Translations under genes and position numbers: made by a program | Assembly (NCBI GenBank): GCA_007136425.1 | Contig: SLGY01000001.1 | Span: 1-52,805, forward strand | Direction of reading: 5' to 3' | DNA length: 52,805 bases | DNA from: Kiritimatiellia bacterium | Lineage (GTDB): Bacteria > Verrucomicrobiota > Kiritimatiellia > SLAD01 | Notes under the pieces: generated by a model | What the model was told of the DNA's origin: nothing | What the model saw: only the letters and a program-made list of their open reading frames with translations | Database searches by the model: none | Shown: positions 36,186 to 47,683 of the stretch, piece after piece | Layout of the letters: each line of letters begins with the position of its first letter | How positions within the stretch are numbered: the stretch's first letter is position 1

Positions 36186-38396
36186 TCATTCCGCGCACCA
36201 GTACTCGCTCAGTGTCACGGGCTGCGCCCCGCGCAACGAATCGGACACCCCAAGCGTGGCAAGCGTGGTATCTATCAGCGCGTCCATGGCGATCGGCATT
36301 GCTGCGCCCGATTGCAAGGCCTTGATGAAGGCGTCCAATTCCTCGCGCTGTCCTTTATTCACGGCGCCCCCGCGTACACGACGCTTTTGCGTCGCCGAAT
36401 AGACGCGTACGTCTTCGAAATTGTTCAACACCACCGACTGGCCCGTGCCGTGCACTTCCAGCAGCTCTTTGGGCAGTTTGCCTCCGCCCTGTGTCAAGTA
36501 CAGCAGATTGCCGAGCGACCCGTCCTCGTACGTGATGAGCACGCCGATGTTTTCCAGGTCGTCACGCACGGGTTGATCGGGCCGAATCGAACGCGCCTGC
36601 ACGGTGAGCGGTCGGCTACCGCATACCGCGTTGAACAGGTCAATGAAATGCCCGGCCTCGCCTTCAAAACGCGATCCCTCGCCCGGGTCGGCGTACCAGG
36701 AACCCGCGTCCACGGCCCCGGCATGCACGCGATAATTCATAACCAACGGAGCGCGCCGACCCGCAAACGGCTCTTTCAAATCCGCCACCAGCGGAGCGAA
36801 GCGACGATTGAACCCGACCTGCAAACGGTCGTTTCCGCTCTCGACCACCGCTTTACGGACGGATTCCACGCCCGCGCGATCGAGGGCCAACGGTTTTTCA
36901 ACGAACACCGCCTTGCCCGCGCGCAAGGCTTCCGCCGTCATGGTCGCGTGCGCAGCGTGTCGCGTGGCAATGAGCACCGCGTCGATCTCGGGATCGTTGA
37001 GCAGCTCCCGATAATCCGTGCCATGCCGCGCAAAACCAAACTTCCGGGCGGCATCCGCCGCCGTCAATCCGCGCGACGTAGCTACGGACTTCAGCGCCAC
37101 ACGGCGGTCTTTGGCCAGATGCGGCAACAACATGCTGCACGCGTAGTTTCCCGCCCCGACAACTCCCAAACGTACCGGGCCCGTCACGGCCCCGGGCGCA
37201 CGCGCGTTCTCGGCGATCTCGATGGACGGCTTCGACGCCGGTTCCGGCGACGCTGTCTTCCCGGCGGGATACTCGAACAGGATGCCGAGCAGATCGTCGC
37301 CGCCTTCCGCAAGACGTTGATACGCCTGTTCGGCTTCGTCAAAGGCGTACCGCGCGGAAATGATCGGGTCCAGGCTGATCTTTCCGGCGGCGACCAGATC
37401 CAGAAAAGCCGCCATGTTGCGGCGTTCGGTCCAGCGCACGTATCCGATGGGATAATCCACGCCGCGCTCTTCGTAATTCGGATCGTATCGGCCCGGCCCG
37501 TACGAACGCGAAAAGCGGACGTCCATTTCCTTCATATAATAGTCGTTCCAAGGCAGGTCCAGCAGGGTCTTGCCGATGTCAACGACGCGCGCACGATCGC
37601 GCGCCGCACGCACGGCAAGCTCAACCGGCCCGGCGGTCTTGCCACCGGCGGTGATGAATATGACGTCGGCGCCCTGCGCGTCCGTCAACGCGCGTATGGA
37701 AGAAAGCAAGGCCGCGTCGTCGGGTTTATGCACGGCGACGGCGCCCCAGTCCCGGGCCAGCGCACATCGGCGCTCTGACAAATCGACGCCGATCACGCGG
37801 ACACCGGCCGCGCACAACAACTGGGTAAGGAGTTGACCGATCAGCCCCAAGCCGATAACGCACGCGGTCTCGCCCAGTTGCATCCCGGATTGGCGATATC
37901 CCTGCAGGGCGATCGCGCCGACCGTGGTAAACGCCGCATGTTCCATGGACACGCCGTCGGGCACGGGCACGACCAGGTTGCGCGGCACGTAATTCTCTTC
38001 CGCATGATGCGCATATTCCGCGCCCGCACACGCCACGCGTTGGCCCACGCTGAACTCTGCGGCCTCCGCGCCTACGGCCGTTACCACGCCCGAAAGCGAA
38101 TAGCCCAAGGGCGATAACGCGTCCAGCTTGTTACGCACCTTATCGTAAGCGGCTTTGACGCCCTGTTGCTGGGCGGTTTGAACAACCTTCTTGACCTGGT
38201 CCGGGCGCGCCTTGGCCTTTTCGAGCAGGGACATTTTCCCTTCGCGCACCTTCATGCCTTCCGTCCCCGAAGAGATCAGGCTATACGCCGTGCGGACCAG
38301 CACGCCGCCGTCCTTCAAGGATGGCGGCGCGACCTGCTGAAGGCGAATGGCGCCGGTCTTATAGCTTTGGCTGACCTGTTTCACGGTATGCCTCAC
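36186..38396 (-). CDS. Bi-domain oxidoreductase (MDR-type plus Gfo/Idh/MocA), of the kind associated with polysaccharide biosynthesis
   Basis: SLISSGTE, PLGYS, GLGLIG, SRSYGPGRYD..YE, RWTERRN, VGAGNY, VFVEKPLA, VGFNRRF; GTGA overlap with argA. Confidence 0.92.
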   Translation of the reverse strand: MRHTVKQVSQSYKTGAIRLQQVAPPSLKDGGVLVRTAYSLISSGTEGMKVREGKMSLLEKAKARPDQVKKVVQTAQQQGVKAAYDKVRNKLDALSPLGYSLSGVVTAVGAEAAEFSVGQRVACAGAEYAHHAEENYVPRNLVVPVPDGVSMEHAAFTTVGAIALQGYRQSGMQLGETACVIGLGLIGQLLTQLLCAAGVRVIGVDLSERRCALARDWGAVAVHKPDDAALLSSIRALTDAQGADVIFITAGGKTAGPVELAVRAARDRARVVDIGKTLLDLPWNDYYMKEMDVRFSRSYGPGRYDPNYEERGVDYPIGYVRWTERRNMAAFLDLVAAGKISLDPIISARYAFDEAEQAYQRLAEGGDDLLGILFEYPAGKTASPEPASKPSIEIAENARAPGAVTGPVRLGVVGAGNYACSMLLPHLAKDRRVALKSVATSRGLTAADAARKFGFARHGTDYRELLNDPEIDAVLIATRHAAHATMTAEALRAGKAVFVEKPLALDRAGVESVRKAVVESGNDRLQVGFNRRFAPLVADLKEPFAGRRAPLVMNYRVHAGAVDAGSWYADPGEGSRFEGEAGHFIDLFNAVCGSRPLTVQARSIRPDQPVRDDLENIGVLITYEDGSLGNLLYLTQGGGKLPKELLEVHGTGQSVVLNNFEDVRVYSATQKRRVRGGAVNKGQREELDAFIKALQSGAAMPIAMDALIDTTLATLGVSDSLRGAQPVTLSEYWCAE

Positions 38397-39673
38397 TCCA
38401 GCTCACGGATCAGGACGCGCGACTTGCGCCCGGCGGCCTCATAGGCCTTTTGGCGTTCGGGCGGCAATGTCGATACCGCGCCCTCTTTGAACCCGCCTTT
38501 TTGCTGGAAATAATTGAAGGCCTGCGTGGACAACGCGAACAAGCGCTTACAACCGAGATCCCGGGCGCGTTCACAGGCGAACAACATCAATTTTCGTCCA
38601 ATCCCCTGATTCGCGTGCGCCTCGGAAACGAACAGACATTGCAACTCGGCCGCCTCCTCCGCGGCGTATAGGCGTAACCCGACGCAGCCGACCACGTTTC
38701 GATCGATCTCGAACACATAAAAATTGCTGAGCGCGTCGGTCACCTCCCGCCGCGTGCGCGGCGCCAATTCCTCCGCCGCCACGGCGTCCCGAATGAGGCT
38801 CACAATCGCGCCGACATCCCTCTTTCGCGCCGCACGAATCGCCTGATACTCATTGGCGTAAATCATCGTGCCGACCCCTTCGTTAGAGAACACCTCCCCC
38901 AGCAGCGCCTCGTCCTGCAGGCCGTCGATCATATGCGCCCGCTGCACGCCGTTCTTGCAGGCGCGCACCCCGTGTTCCAACTTCGACCGCATCACCGCGC
39001 CCAACTCAGCGCCGTGCGAGCGCAAATAGGTCTCCGCCTCGGCCACGGAAAACTGAGCGCTCAATTTCCCGCCGTCCGGCACTCCGTTGCTCGTGCCGAC
39101 AAACATCAGTTTCGCCGCCTTCAACGACTCCGCCACCGCTCGCGCCGCCTGATCGGAATTCACGCGAAACGTCTGCCCGTTCCCGTCAAACCCGAGCGGC
39201 GGGATAATCGGAACGATCCCCTCCTGCAACAACGCCGAGAGGAACGACGTATCCACCCGCTCCACTTTGCCCGTCCGTTCGTGGTCCCGGCCTCCGCGTA
39301 TACCGGCGGGATGCGCAACGATCGCGTTCGTCACGGCGGCCCGCACATCGGTTTCGGCCAACCCCTCGAGGATATCGTGCGCAAACCGGTTTGCGGCAAG
39401 GACCGCCAATTCAAGTGTGGGCGTGTCCGTCACCCCCATCCCGTCCAGATCCGTGGCGGGTACTCGCAGGTCTTCCGACAACGTTTCAATCCGGCGGCTG
39501 GCCCCGTGCACGATGACCACCTTGATGTTCAGGCTGCGCAACACGGAAATGTCCAACAACAGGTTCCGGAAATTATCCGCAACCAGCACGGCGCTATCGA
39601 TGTTCAGCACAAACACCCGGTCTCTGAACCGCGCAATATAACCGAGGATACCTCTGAGATCCGTCGCTTTCAT
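38393..39673 (-). CDS. argA: Amino-acid N-acetyltransferase (kinase-like plus GNAT domains)
   Basis: MKATDLRGILGYI, VVIVHGA, TGKVERVD, LLGEVFSNEGVGTM, GIGRKL, LSTQAFNYF, RKSRV. Confidence 0.92.
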   Translation of the reverse strand: MKATDLRGILGYIARFRDRVFVLNIDSAVLVADNFRNLLLDISVLRSLNIKVVIVHGASRRIETLSEDLRVPATDLDGMGVTDTPTLELAVLAANRFAHDILEGLAETDVRAAVTNAIVAHPAGIRGGRDHERTGKVERVDTSFLSALLQEGIVPIIPPLGFDGNGQTFRVNSDQAARAVAESLKAAKLMFVGTSNGVPDGGKLSAQFSVAEAETYLRSHGAELGAVMRSKLEHGVRACKNGVQRAHMIDGLQDEALLGEVFSNEGVGTMIYANEYQAIRAARKRDVGAIVSLIRDAVAAEELAPRTRREVTDALSNFYVFEIDRNVVGCVGLRLYAAEEAAELQCLFVSEAHANQGIGRKLMLFACERARDLGCKRLFALSTQAFNYFQQKGGFKEGAVSTLPPERQKAYEAAGRKSRVLIRELE

Positions 39674-39820
39674 GCCGTACAGAGTGCCGAAAGCGAAGGG
39701 GAATCGCAAGCACGGGATTCATCGCCGGCCCGCCGTAACCGGGCGCAGGGGACGCATATAATCCATTGACGGGAAACGGCTGCCCGCTAAGATACCGGCT
39801 CCTGATATAGAAGGAGCACC

Positions 39821-40930
39821 ATGGATATCAACTGGAACTTACTCACAAGCTACACCATTGCCGGCAACGAATTATGGCGGGTGCTATGCCTTTTTATCGC
39901 GATCCTGATCGGACTGATCATCGGCAAGATCGGACGTTTTGCGATGGAACGTGCGGCCGGCCGGTTCAAGGAGCAAGGACGTCCTTTCGTCGCCGTGGTG
40001 CTCGAGGCCCTGGCCAAGCCGACCGTACTGATTGCTTTGGTATTCGCGGTCCGTATCGGCCTGGCTTTTCTGTCCATGAGCGAGACGATCGCCGGCATGT
40101 CCACGGCTGTGGTCAACGTGTTGATCGTGCTCAGCATCGGCTATGTGGCGTATCGCCTTGTGGACGTGGTTACGTATTGGCTTGAACGAGCGGCCGAACG
40201 CACGGAAAGCAAGTTGGACAACATGCTCGTACCGCTCGTACGGACGAGCCTGCGGATCACCATCGCCGTGCTGGTGGCCTTGCAACTGGCCACCACATTA
40301 AGCGGCCGGGAATTAACCTCTCTGCTCGCGGCGCTCGGTGTCGGCGGCCTGGCCTTCGCCCTCGCCGCCCAGGACACCGTTAAGAATTTCTTCGGCTCGC
40401 TGGTGATCTTCGCCGACAAACCGTTCGAGCTGGGCGAACGCATCACCGTCGACGGCGTCGACGGGGTGGTGGAACAGGTCGGGTTCCGTTCAACGCGCGT
40501 ACGCACATTGATCGGACACGTGGTGACCATTCCAAACGGCGAGCTGGCGAACAAGACCATTGAGAACGTGTCGAAACGCCCGCATATCCGCCGCATCCTG
40601 GAGATTTCAATTACCTACGATACCCCGCCTGCGAAAGTGGACGAGGCGGTGGGGATCGTGAAGGATATCCTGAAAGACCACGAGGGCATGCACCCGGATT
40701 TTCCGCCGCGGGTGGTCTTTAACGACATGAAAAGTGACTCGCTCAATATCTTTGCGATCTTCTGGTATCATCCCGCCGATTGGTGGGCTTATAACGCATT
40801 GAACGAACGCATCCTCAAAGAGATATTGCGACGCTTCAACGAAGCCGGCATCGACTTCGCGTTCCCAACCCAGACGCTGCATCTGGCCGGCGACCCGCAT
40901 CGGCCGCTGGAAGTATTCAGTAAGAAGTAA
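39821..40930 (+). CDS. mscS: Small-conductance mechanosensitive channel
   Basis: LGVGGLAFALAAQDTVKNFFG, DKPFELGE, VGFRSTRVR, IPNGEL, GIDFAFPTQTL; AAGGAG RBS. Confidence 0.93.
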   Translation: MDINWNLLTSYTIAGNELWRVLCLFIAILIGLIIGKIGRFAMERAAGRFKEQGRPFVAVVLEALAKPTVLIALVFAVRIGLAFLSMSETIAGMSTAVVNVLIVLSIGYVAYRLVDVVTYWLERAAERTESKLDNMLVPLVRTSLRITIAVLVALQLATTLSGRELTSLLAALGVGGLAFALAAQDTVKNFFGSLVIFADKPFELGERITVDGVDGVVEQVGFRSTRVRTLIGHVVTIPNGELANKTIENVSKRPHIRRILEISITYDTPPAKVDEAVGIVKDILKDHEGMHPDFPPRVVFNDMKSDSLNIFAIFWYHPADWWAYNALNERILKEILRRFNEAGIDFAFPTQTLHLAGDPHRPLEVFSKK

Positions 40931-41069
40931 GAAGTGAGAAGTGAGAAGTGAGAAGTAGTAAGTAAGAAGTATAAAGAAGGCGTGAGTTTAAGAAGGGCTG
41001 TAGCTGACTTCCGACTTCTGACCTCTGACTTCTCACTTCTTACTTTTCACTTCCTACTTCTTACTTCTC
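40919..41069. repeat. Gene-less pair of inverted heptamer arrays, (RAGAAGT)x7 and (ACTTCTN)x9
   Basis: 40919-40949 is identical to 9322-9352; right arm at 41007-41069. Confidence 0.92.
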
Positions 41070-41457
41070 CCTCCGGATCCAATTGCAGGCGGATGCCCTT
41101 GATGCGCTCGCGGCCGAATCGGGCTTGCAGGTTCTGCAGCATCGCCTGCTCCGCGAATCGTCGCAATTCGACCAGCCACACGGAATTGGCCACAAAGACG
41201 TAGAGAATCTTGTTCTGAATCCGGCCCGGTCGCGAATGACGCGCCACCTGCGCGCCTACCAGCGTTTCCCAATCGCGCGCCAGGATTCGTTCCCATAACG
41301 GTTGTTCCAATCCGATTTTGCGCAGCACACCGGGCAAGACCTGTTCGGGAGTAAATACGCGGTACGGAGCGGGCGGACGATGCTGTTCAAGTTGAAACCG
41401 CTCGCGCTCCACTTGCCAGCGAACCTTGTCCTTCTTGCTGATGCGACGGGAAGACAT
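41047..41457 (-). CDS. DUF721 / DciA-like protein
   Basis: WETLVGAQVARHSRPGRIQNKILYVFVANSVWLVEL...IKGIRLQ. Confidence 0.82.
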   Translation of the reverse strand: MSSRRISKKDKVRWQVERERFQLEQHRPPAPYRVFTPEQVLPGVLRKIGLEQPLWERILARDWETLVGAQVARHSRPGRIQNKILYVFVANSVWLVELRRFAEQAMLQNLQARFGRERIKGIRLQLDPEGEVRSRK

Positions 41458-41557
41458 AACCTTACGGTAACGCAACGAACCGCAAATGGGAATCCCTGAA
41501 AAGACGGCACCGAAGGCCGCCGGGCGTCAAAAACGACACACAGCAAAACAGGCGCGG

Positions 41558-41761
41558 TTATTGTTTGCCGGACGGGCGTTTTCGTCCGTGCCGCACAAGC
41601 CAATCCACGGACGCGCGATCCCAACCGATATCGTAACCGGCTCTTTCGCTTTCGTACCACTTGTGATCAAGAATCTCCTGCTTCATCCTGTCCCACTCGC
41701 GGAACAAGAGCGAGTTCTTCATCCAAGCCTCGTCGGACTCTCTGCGGGAACGGTACGCCAT
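41558..41761 (-). CDS. Small DUF4032-like protein
   Basis: SLLFREW...EILDHKWYESERAGYDIGWDRASVDW; GGAGGTGA RBS. Confidence 0.82.
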   Translation of the reverse strand: MAYRSRRESDEAWMKNSLLFREWDRMKQEILDHKWYESERAGYDIGWDRASVDWLVRHGRKRPSGKQ

Positions 41762-41841
41762 TACGTCACCTCCAAACACAAGCCCAAGAGCATAGCCGAT
41801 AACTACGAAATGTCAATATTCCCTAGTGAAAAAACGTTTGA

Positions 41842-42780
41842 TCAGAATGTCATGTTGGCGGTGAAGGCCGCCGACGGGCCGACATCGACTTTGGATCGGA
41901 ATACGGTTTCGTCGTCGCCGTCTCTGATGGTGATTCTGCGCCAGGGTACAACTCCCAACTCGGCCCCGATGCGGACACCGGGATTCGGCCGGTACATGAG
42001 GGCGAGCGTTGAAACGATCAGTCGGCTTCGGAACACGCCGTCGGGTGCGATGCCGTCCTCCCGCATCCGGATATCGCGGGAATGGTACTCGCTATTCAGG
42101 CTGGCCACCCAATGCCCGGCTTCGTCCAGTTGATACAACAAATGCAATCCGCGCAGCGTGCGCAAAGTCCAACGCTCCGTAATGTCCCATTCGATGGAGA
42201 CGGTCGGCACCACAAATGGACTTCTTTCCAAACGCCCGGAGGCCAAAACCCCGACACCGAGCCGGACATTCTCGAGCCATGGACGCTGCACCGACACCAT
42301 CCCGTTGGCGAGCATCGCATCAGATCGCGATGCCCCCTGCTCCACGGCCCAGCGCACACCGCCCATGGCAAAGGCCGACCAATCCCCGCTCAGCGGCCCC
42401 ATATAGGCTACGCCGGCACGCGTTTCGCGAACGTCTTCCAAGCTGCCTTCCAGCAACGGGTTGTTGCGGAACCGATACACATGGCGATCCCGCGAAAGGG
42501 TAACATTGAAGCGGCCCCGGTTCGGCAGAAGAAACATCACCGTCCCGCTCACATCATGATGCTGCACCGTAACTCGTCCGGGTTCATCCCGGAAATCAGC
42601 GCGAAATATTTCGGACGGCGTATAACCGAGCTGCACAAACACCGGGCGCGACGGTCTTCCGGTTCGCCCGGCCTCTTCTTCCGCGTGCGCACCCGGCGCT
42701 TGCGCACAGCACAAAACCATCGCAAACCCAAGAGCTGCGAACTGGAAACGAAATCGCGGACTGATCTCTGCCGTCTTCAA
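41842..42780 (-). CDS. Outer-membrane beta-barrel protein (DUF6268-like)
   Basis: Signal peptide, amphipathic strands, C-terminal Phe (ANMTF). Confidence 0.75.
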   Translation of the reverse strand: MKTAEISPRFRFQFAALGFAMVLCCAQAPGAHAEEEAGRTGRPSRPVFVQLGYTPSEIFRADFRDEPGRVTVQHHDVSGTVMFLLPNRGRFNVTLSRDRHVYRFRNNPLLEGSLEDVRETRAGVAYMGPLSGDWSAFAMGGVRWAVEQGASRSDAMLANGMVSVQRPWLENVRLGVGVLASGRLERSPFVVPTVSIEWDITERWTLRTLRGLHLLYQLDEAGHWVASLNSEYHSRDIRMREDGIAPDGVFRSRLIVSTLALMYRPNPGVRIGAELGVVPWRRITIRDGDDETVFRSKVDVGPSAAFTANMTF

Positions 42781-43779
42781 TCAACACGCTTCCAACAACC
42801 AGTAGGGTGAGTGCGGGGGACGCGTCAGGGTGACCGATTCAAAACCCGCCTTCTTAAGCAGCGACTCCAGTCCCGACGCAGTATGGACGCGCCCGTTCGG
42901 ACTGGTCAGCATCATATTGATCGAAAACAAATTCGAAAAAAGCGGACCGGACCGGTCCGGTTCGAGCATCATATCCACCACCAACAGTCGTCCCCCAGGG
43001 TTAAGCGACGCCCGGATACGTTCGAAAAGAGACTGAGCGAATTCGTCATGCTCCTGATGAACTGCGCCGCATAACAACGCCCGATCGAATCCGCGCGGCA
43101 ACTCATCTGTATGATAATCGCCGGGATGAAAATGGATGCGGCCCGACGCCGAACTTTCGGCGGTGAGTTCACGCGCCACTTCCTGCACGGCGGGCAACTC
43201 GAATTGGGTCACGTGAAGTGTCGGATGCTGTTCGGCCAATAACCGGCTGAAGGTACCGGGCCCGGCGGCGATATCGAGCAGCGTATTCGCGTCTCCAGGA
43301 TCAATGGCGGGCAACACGGCGCGCGCCATGCCGAGCGCGCGACTATGCATACCGAGCGCAAACCTACGTGTACGAGCGGGATCGGCGCCGAGATGCGCGC
43401 CCACCGGAATGGCCGGTTCGCCTTTCCGGGCGCAATCCGCCAAGCGCCCCCATAACGGGTACAAGTCCATATTAAACCGCAAGGCGTCCAGCATGCAGGT
43501 GGCGCTGTTCCGGTTGAGCAACTCGTCCGCATCGGGCGCCAGCGCATAGGTCGCGTCCCGCTTCTCCAACAAGCCTAGCGCCGTCAGGGCGTCCAGGACC
43601 TCCGCAAGATGGCGTGGCGTCGCGCTGCATCTATTCGCCAAATCCGCGACGGATAATGCGCCGTCGGAAAGCGCGTCAAATACACCGAGCTCAACACCCG
43701 CCGACAGCACGGCGGATTTCCAGTAGCCCGTGGCCAGTTCCATCAACCGCCCCATATTCCATGTATCTGTCTTGCTCAT
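42781..43779 (-). CDS. O-methyltransferase (dimerisation plus Methyltransf_2 domains)
   Basis: AGVELGVFDAL, LLDIAAGPGTF, GDYH, LNPGGRLLVVD. Confidence 0.9.
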   Translation of the reverse strand: MSKTDTWNMGRLMELATGYWKSAVLSAGVELGVFDALSDGALSVADLANRCSATPRHLAEVLDALTALGLLEKRDATYALAPDADELLNRNSATCMLDALRFNMDLYPLWGRLADCARKGEPAIPVGAHLGADPARTRRFALGMHSRALGMARAVLPAIDPGDANTLLDIAAGPGTFSRLLAEQHPTLHVTQFELPAVQEVARELTAESSASGRIHFHPGDYHTDELPRGFDRALLCGAVHQEHDEFAQSLFERIRASLNPGGRLLVVDMMLEPDRSGPLFSNLFSINMMLTSPNGRVHTASGLESLLKKAGFESVTLTRPPHSPYWLLEAC

Positions 43780-43825
43780 TAACTCTCCCTGTTTCCGTGC
43801 TGTTATGGGACCGGCGACCGGGGGA

Positions 43826-44310
43826 TCAAGGCCCGTCCCCCCGCAGTGCCATGTCCACCGCCTGTTCCGCAGATTGCGCCACCAGAATGCCCGGATCGGG
43901 TTGCCCCTCTCGAACGACCGACCACGTATGCAGGCCGACCACCCGCACCTTCAAGCGCAACGCCGCTGCGATTTCCGAGAGCGTGCCGTACGCGCCGTGT
44001 ACGGCAATTACCGCATGACAAGCGCGGACAAGCAGGAAATTGCGTACGGCGCCGACTCCCATGGGCAGCGCAAGATCGATATACGGATTGGCCGGCTCGT
44101 CGGTCTCGCCGGGCAGGATACCGACGGTCAGTCCGTCCTCGGACTTGGCGCCCTGCGCCGCCGCCTCCATCATGCCGCCCAGTCCGCCGCACAGTAGCAC
44201 GGCGCCGCGTCGCGCAATTTCCGCGCCGACCTCGAAGCCGAGCCGGGCTTCGTCCTCCGAACATTGGTTTGGCCCCAGCACACCGATGCGCGGACGTGTC
44301 CGGATGTCGT

Positions 44311-44314
<4 letters not shown>
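43826..44314 (-). CDS. TIGR00725 / LOG-like Rossmann-fold protein
   Basis: LLCGGLGGMMEAAAQGA, TVGILPG, ANPYID, RNFLLV, GAYGTLSEI; ATGA overlap with asnS. Confidence 0.9.
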
Positions 44315-45810
<1,496 letters not shown>

Positions 45811-45900
45811 AATCGATCGCCACTCTATTCCGGGAAATCGCGTTTGACCAGTCCACAGCGGGGGAAATTGGAGAAGCGGGGAATCGGTCGTCCTATCTTC

Positions 45901-46377
45901 TTATTCCGGAAAGTAATCGCCGAGCGTCGCGCTTTTGTCGCCGTCTCTTTTGCGCGGCCGCTTGAATGATTCTGCGCGCGAGCCGACAAGATCGAGAAAG
46001 TCACCGCAGGACATGCTTTCCGCGCCCGCAGCTTCCACGGTCTGTCGTTCCAGCCGGTCGGACGTCACGACCAGAATGCGTTCCGGCGCCGGATCAGCGT
46101 GAACCAGCCGCTCAATCACCGTATCGGCGGTAAACTGCGGCGGAGCAAAGACAATAGCGACGTCCGTACCGGCGCCCTCCGCCAGACCGGTCCCACCGCG
46201 CCCATCGAAAACAATGGTTGTTTCGCGGTCGAACAGATCGGCTGCCCGTTCCGCTTTGCGGACCAAGAGTTGGCGGGCCAAGGCGAGGTTCCGGTTCAGA
46301 TACGGCTTCAGGTCCGGGTCGCGATGCAACAGGCTGTACCCGTCAATAAGCAGGCGGGCCGTACGCGCGGCGTTCAT
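45901..46377 (-). CDS. NYN/PIN-domain protein (YacP/Rae1-like)
   Basis: LLIDGYSLLH, IVFDG, TADTVIERL, VVTSDR; ATGA overlap with the LacI gene. Confidence 0.87.
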   Translation of the reverse strand: MNAARTARLLIDGYSLLHRDPDLKPYLNRNLALARQLLVRKAERAADLFDRETTIVFDGRGGTGLAEGAGTDVAIVFAPPQFTADTVIERLVHADPAPERILVVTSDRLERQTVEAAGAESMSCGDFLDLVGSRAESFKRPRKRDGDKSATLGDYFPE

Positions 46378-47408
46378 GCCTGCTGCGGGGCGGGACCGGT
46401 CGACTCCCTCACCACCAGCTCGACGGGCAGTACTTCCTGATGGGAATCCGCTTCTTTCTTGAATATCGCCAGCAAGCGATCAAACGAACGGCGGCCCACC
46501 TCGGAGAGATCGTGCTTGATCGTGGTCAGTGCGGGAGACGTGAAAGGCGCGGAAGGAATATCATCGACCCCCATGACCGACAGGTCTTGCGGAACGCGCA
46601 ATCCCCGGCCCGCGGCGCAACTGATGGCGCCCATCGCCATCCGATCGTTGGCGGCCATGATAGCCGTCAGTCCCGGATACTGCTCAAGCAATTTGCCGGC
46701 GGCGGCGAATCCATCTTCCTGGCTCCAGTACGGACCGCCTTCGACCCAGGGAAGATCCTGTTCGGTAAGTCCTTTCTGCCGGCAATACGTAAGAAACGCG
46801 TCCCGGAAATCCAAACCGGTATAGGTGTTGGTTCCGGCAATGAGCCCAATGCGTTTATGGCCGAGCGAAAGGAGATGCTCCGCCGCCCGCTGCGCCGACT
46901 GCCGGTAATCGACCGTCACGTAACTCAGCTTGCTGTTCGGATAATAATGATTCACCAGCATGACGGGCAATTGCGCCTGCTCCACGTCGCGCAGATAATT
47001 ATCGTGAATGGAGGAAGCCACGAACAACATCCCGTCCGCGCGCCGGGCGCGGATGATATTGACATAATCCTGGTTGGCCAGGAACTTCTCGTTCGCCACA
47101 TCGATCAGCAGCTTATAATCGGATTCCGAGGCACGTTCGTGCACGCCGTTAAGGATCTCGCCGAAATACACGTCGGAAAACACATGGCTCAGGTTCGGAA
47201 CGACAACGCTCATGATACGGCTGGATTTCGAGGCCAATCCGCGCGCCTGATGGTTCGGCTGATAGGAATGACGGCGCACCGCCTCCTGTACCTTTTGCCG
47301 CGTCTTTTCGCCGATACGCGGATTATCGTTTAACACAAGCGACACCGTGCTCAGGGAAACCCCGCATTCCCTGGCGATATCTTTGATTGTTGTCCGGTTC
47401 TGGGTCAT
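46374..47408 (-). CDS. LacI family transcriptional regulator
   Basis: TIKDIARECGVSLSTVSLVLN, YQPN, ANDRMAMG, VPQDLSVMGVDD, PALTT, LVVREST. Confidence 0.96.
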   Translation of the reverse strand: MTQNRTTIKDIARECGVSLSTVSLVLNDNPRIGEKTRQKVQEAVRRHSYQPNHQARGLASKSSRIMSVVVPNLSHVFSDVYFGEILNGVHERASESDYKLLIDVANEKFLANQDYVNIIRARRADGMLFVASSIHDNYLRDVEQAQLPVMLVNHYYPNSKLSYVTVDYRQSAQRAAEHLLSLGHKRIGLIAGTNTYTGLDFRDAFLTYCRQKGLTEQDLPWVEGGPYWSQEDGFAAAGKLLEQYPGLTAIMAANDRMAMGAISCAAGRGLRVPQDLSVMGVDDIPSAPFTSPALTTIKHDLSEVGRRSFDRLLAIFKKEADSHQEVLPVELVVRESTGPAPQQA

Positions 47409-47683
47409 TGATCTTCCTGAAATCGTATTTTTTACCGGTGTCCCGAGTTATTCATTCCTTGCGAAATGATTCAATTCAGTACGCCTCCCCTCATTCCGTA
47501 GTTCCCCTGGTCAATCAGAGCAAAGCCGATTGAAAATCGGCGTCGAGCCTGTACAAGACAAGAAACTGCGGGCTCGCCACACTGGGCATAACCCGCGTAG
47601 TAAACAAAACGCGCGCAGGCTTGTACAGCAGATTATTTCCGATACACTGCCCATCGCGTGTGAAGATTGAAGACATATCACAG

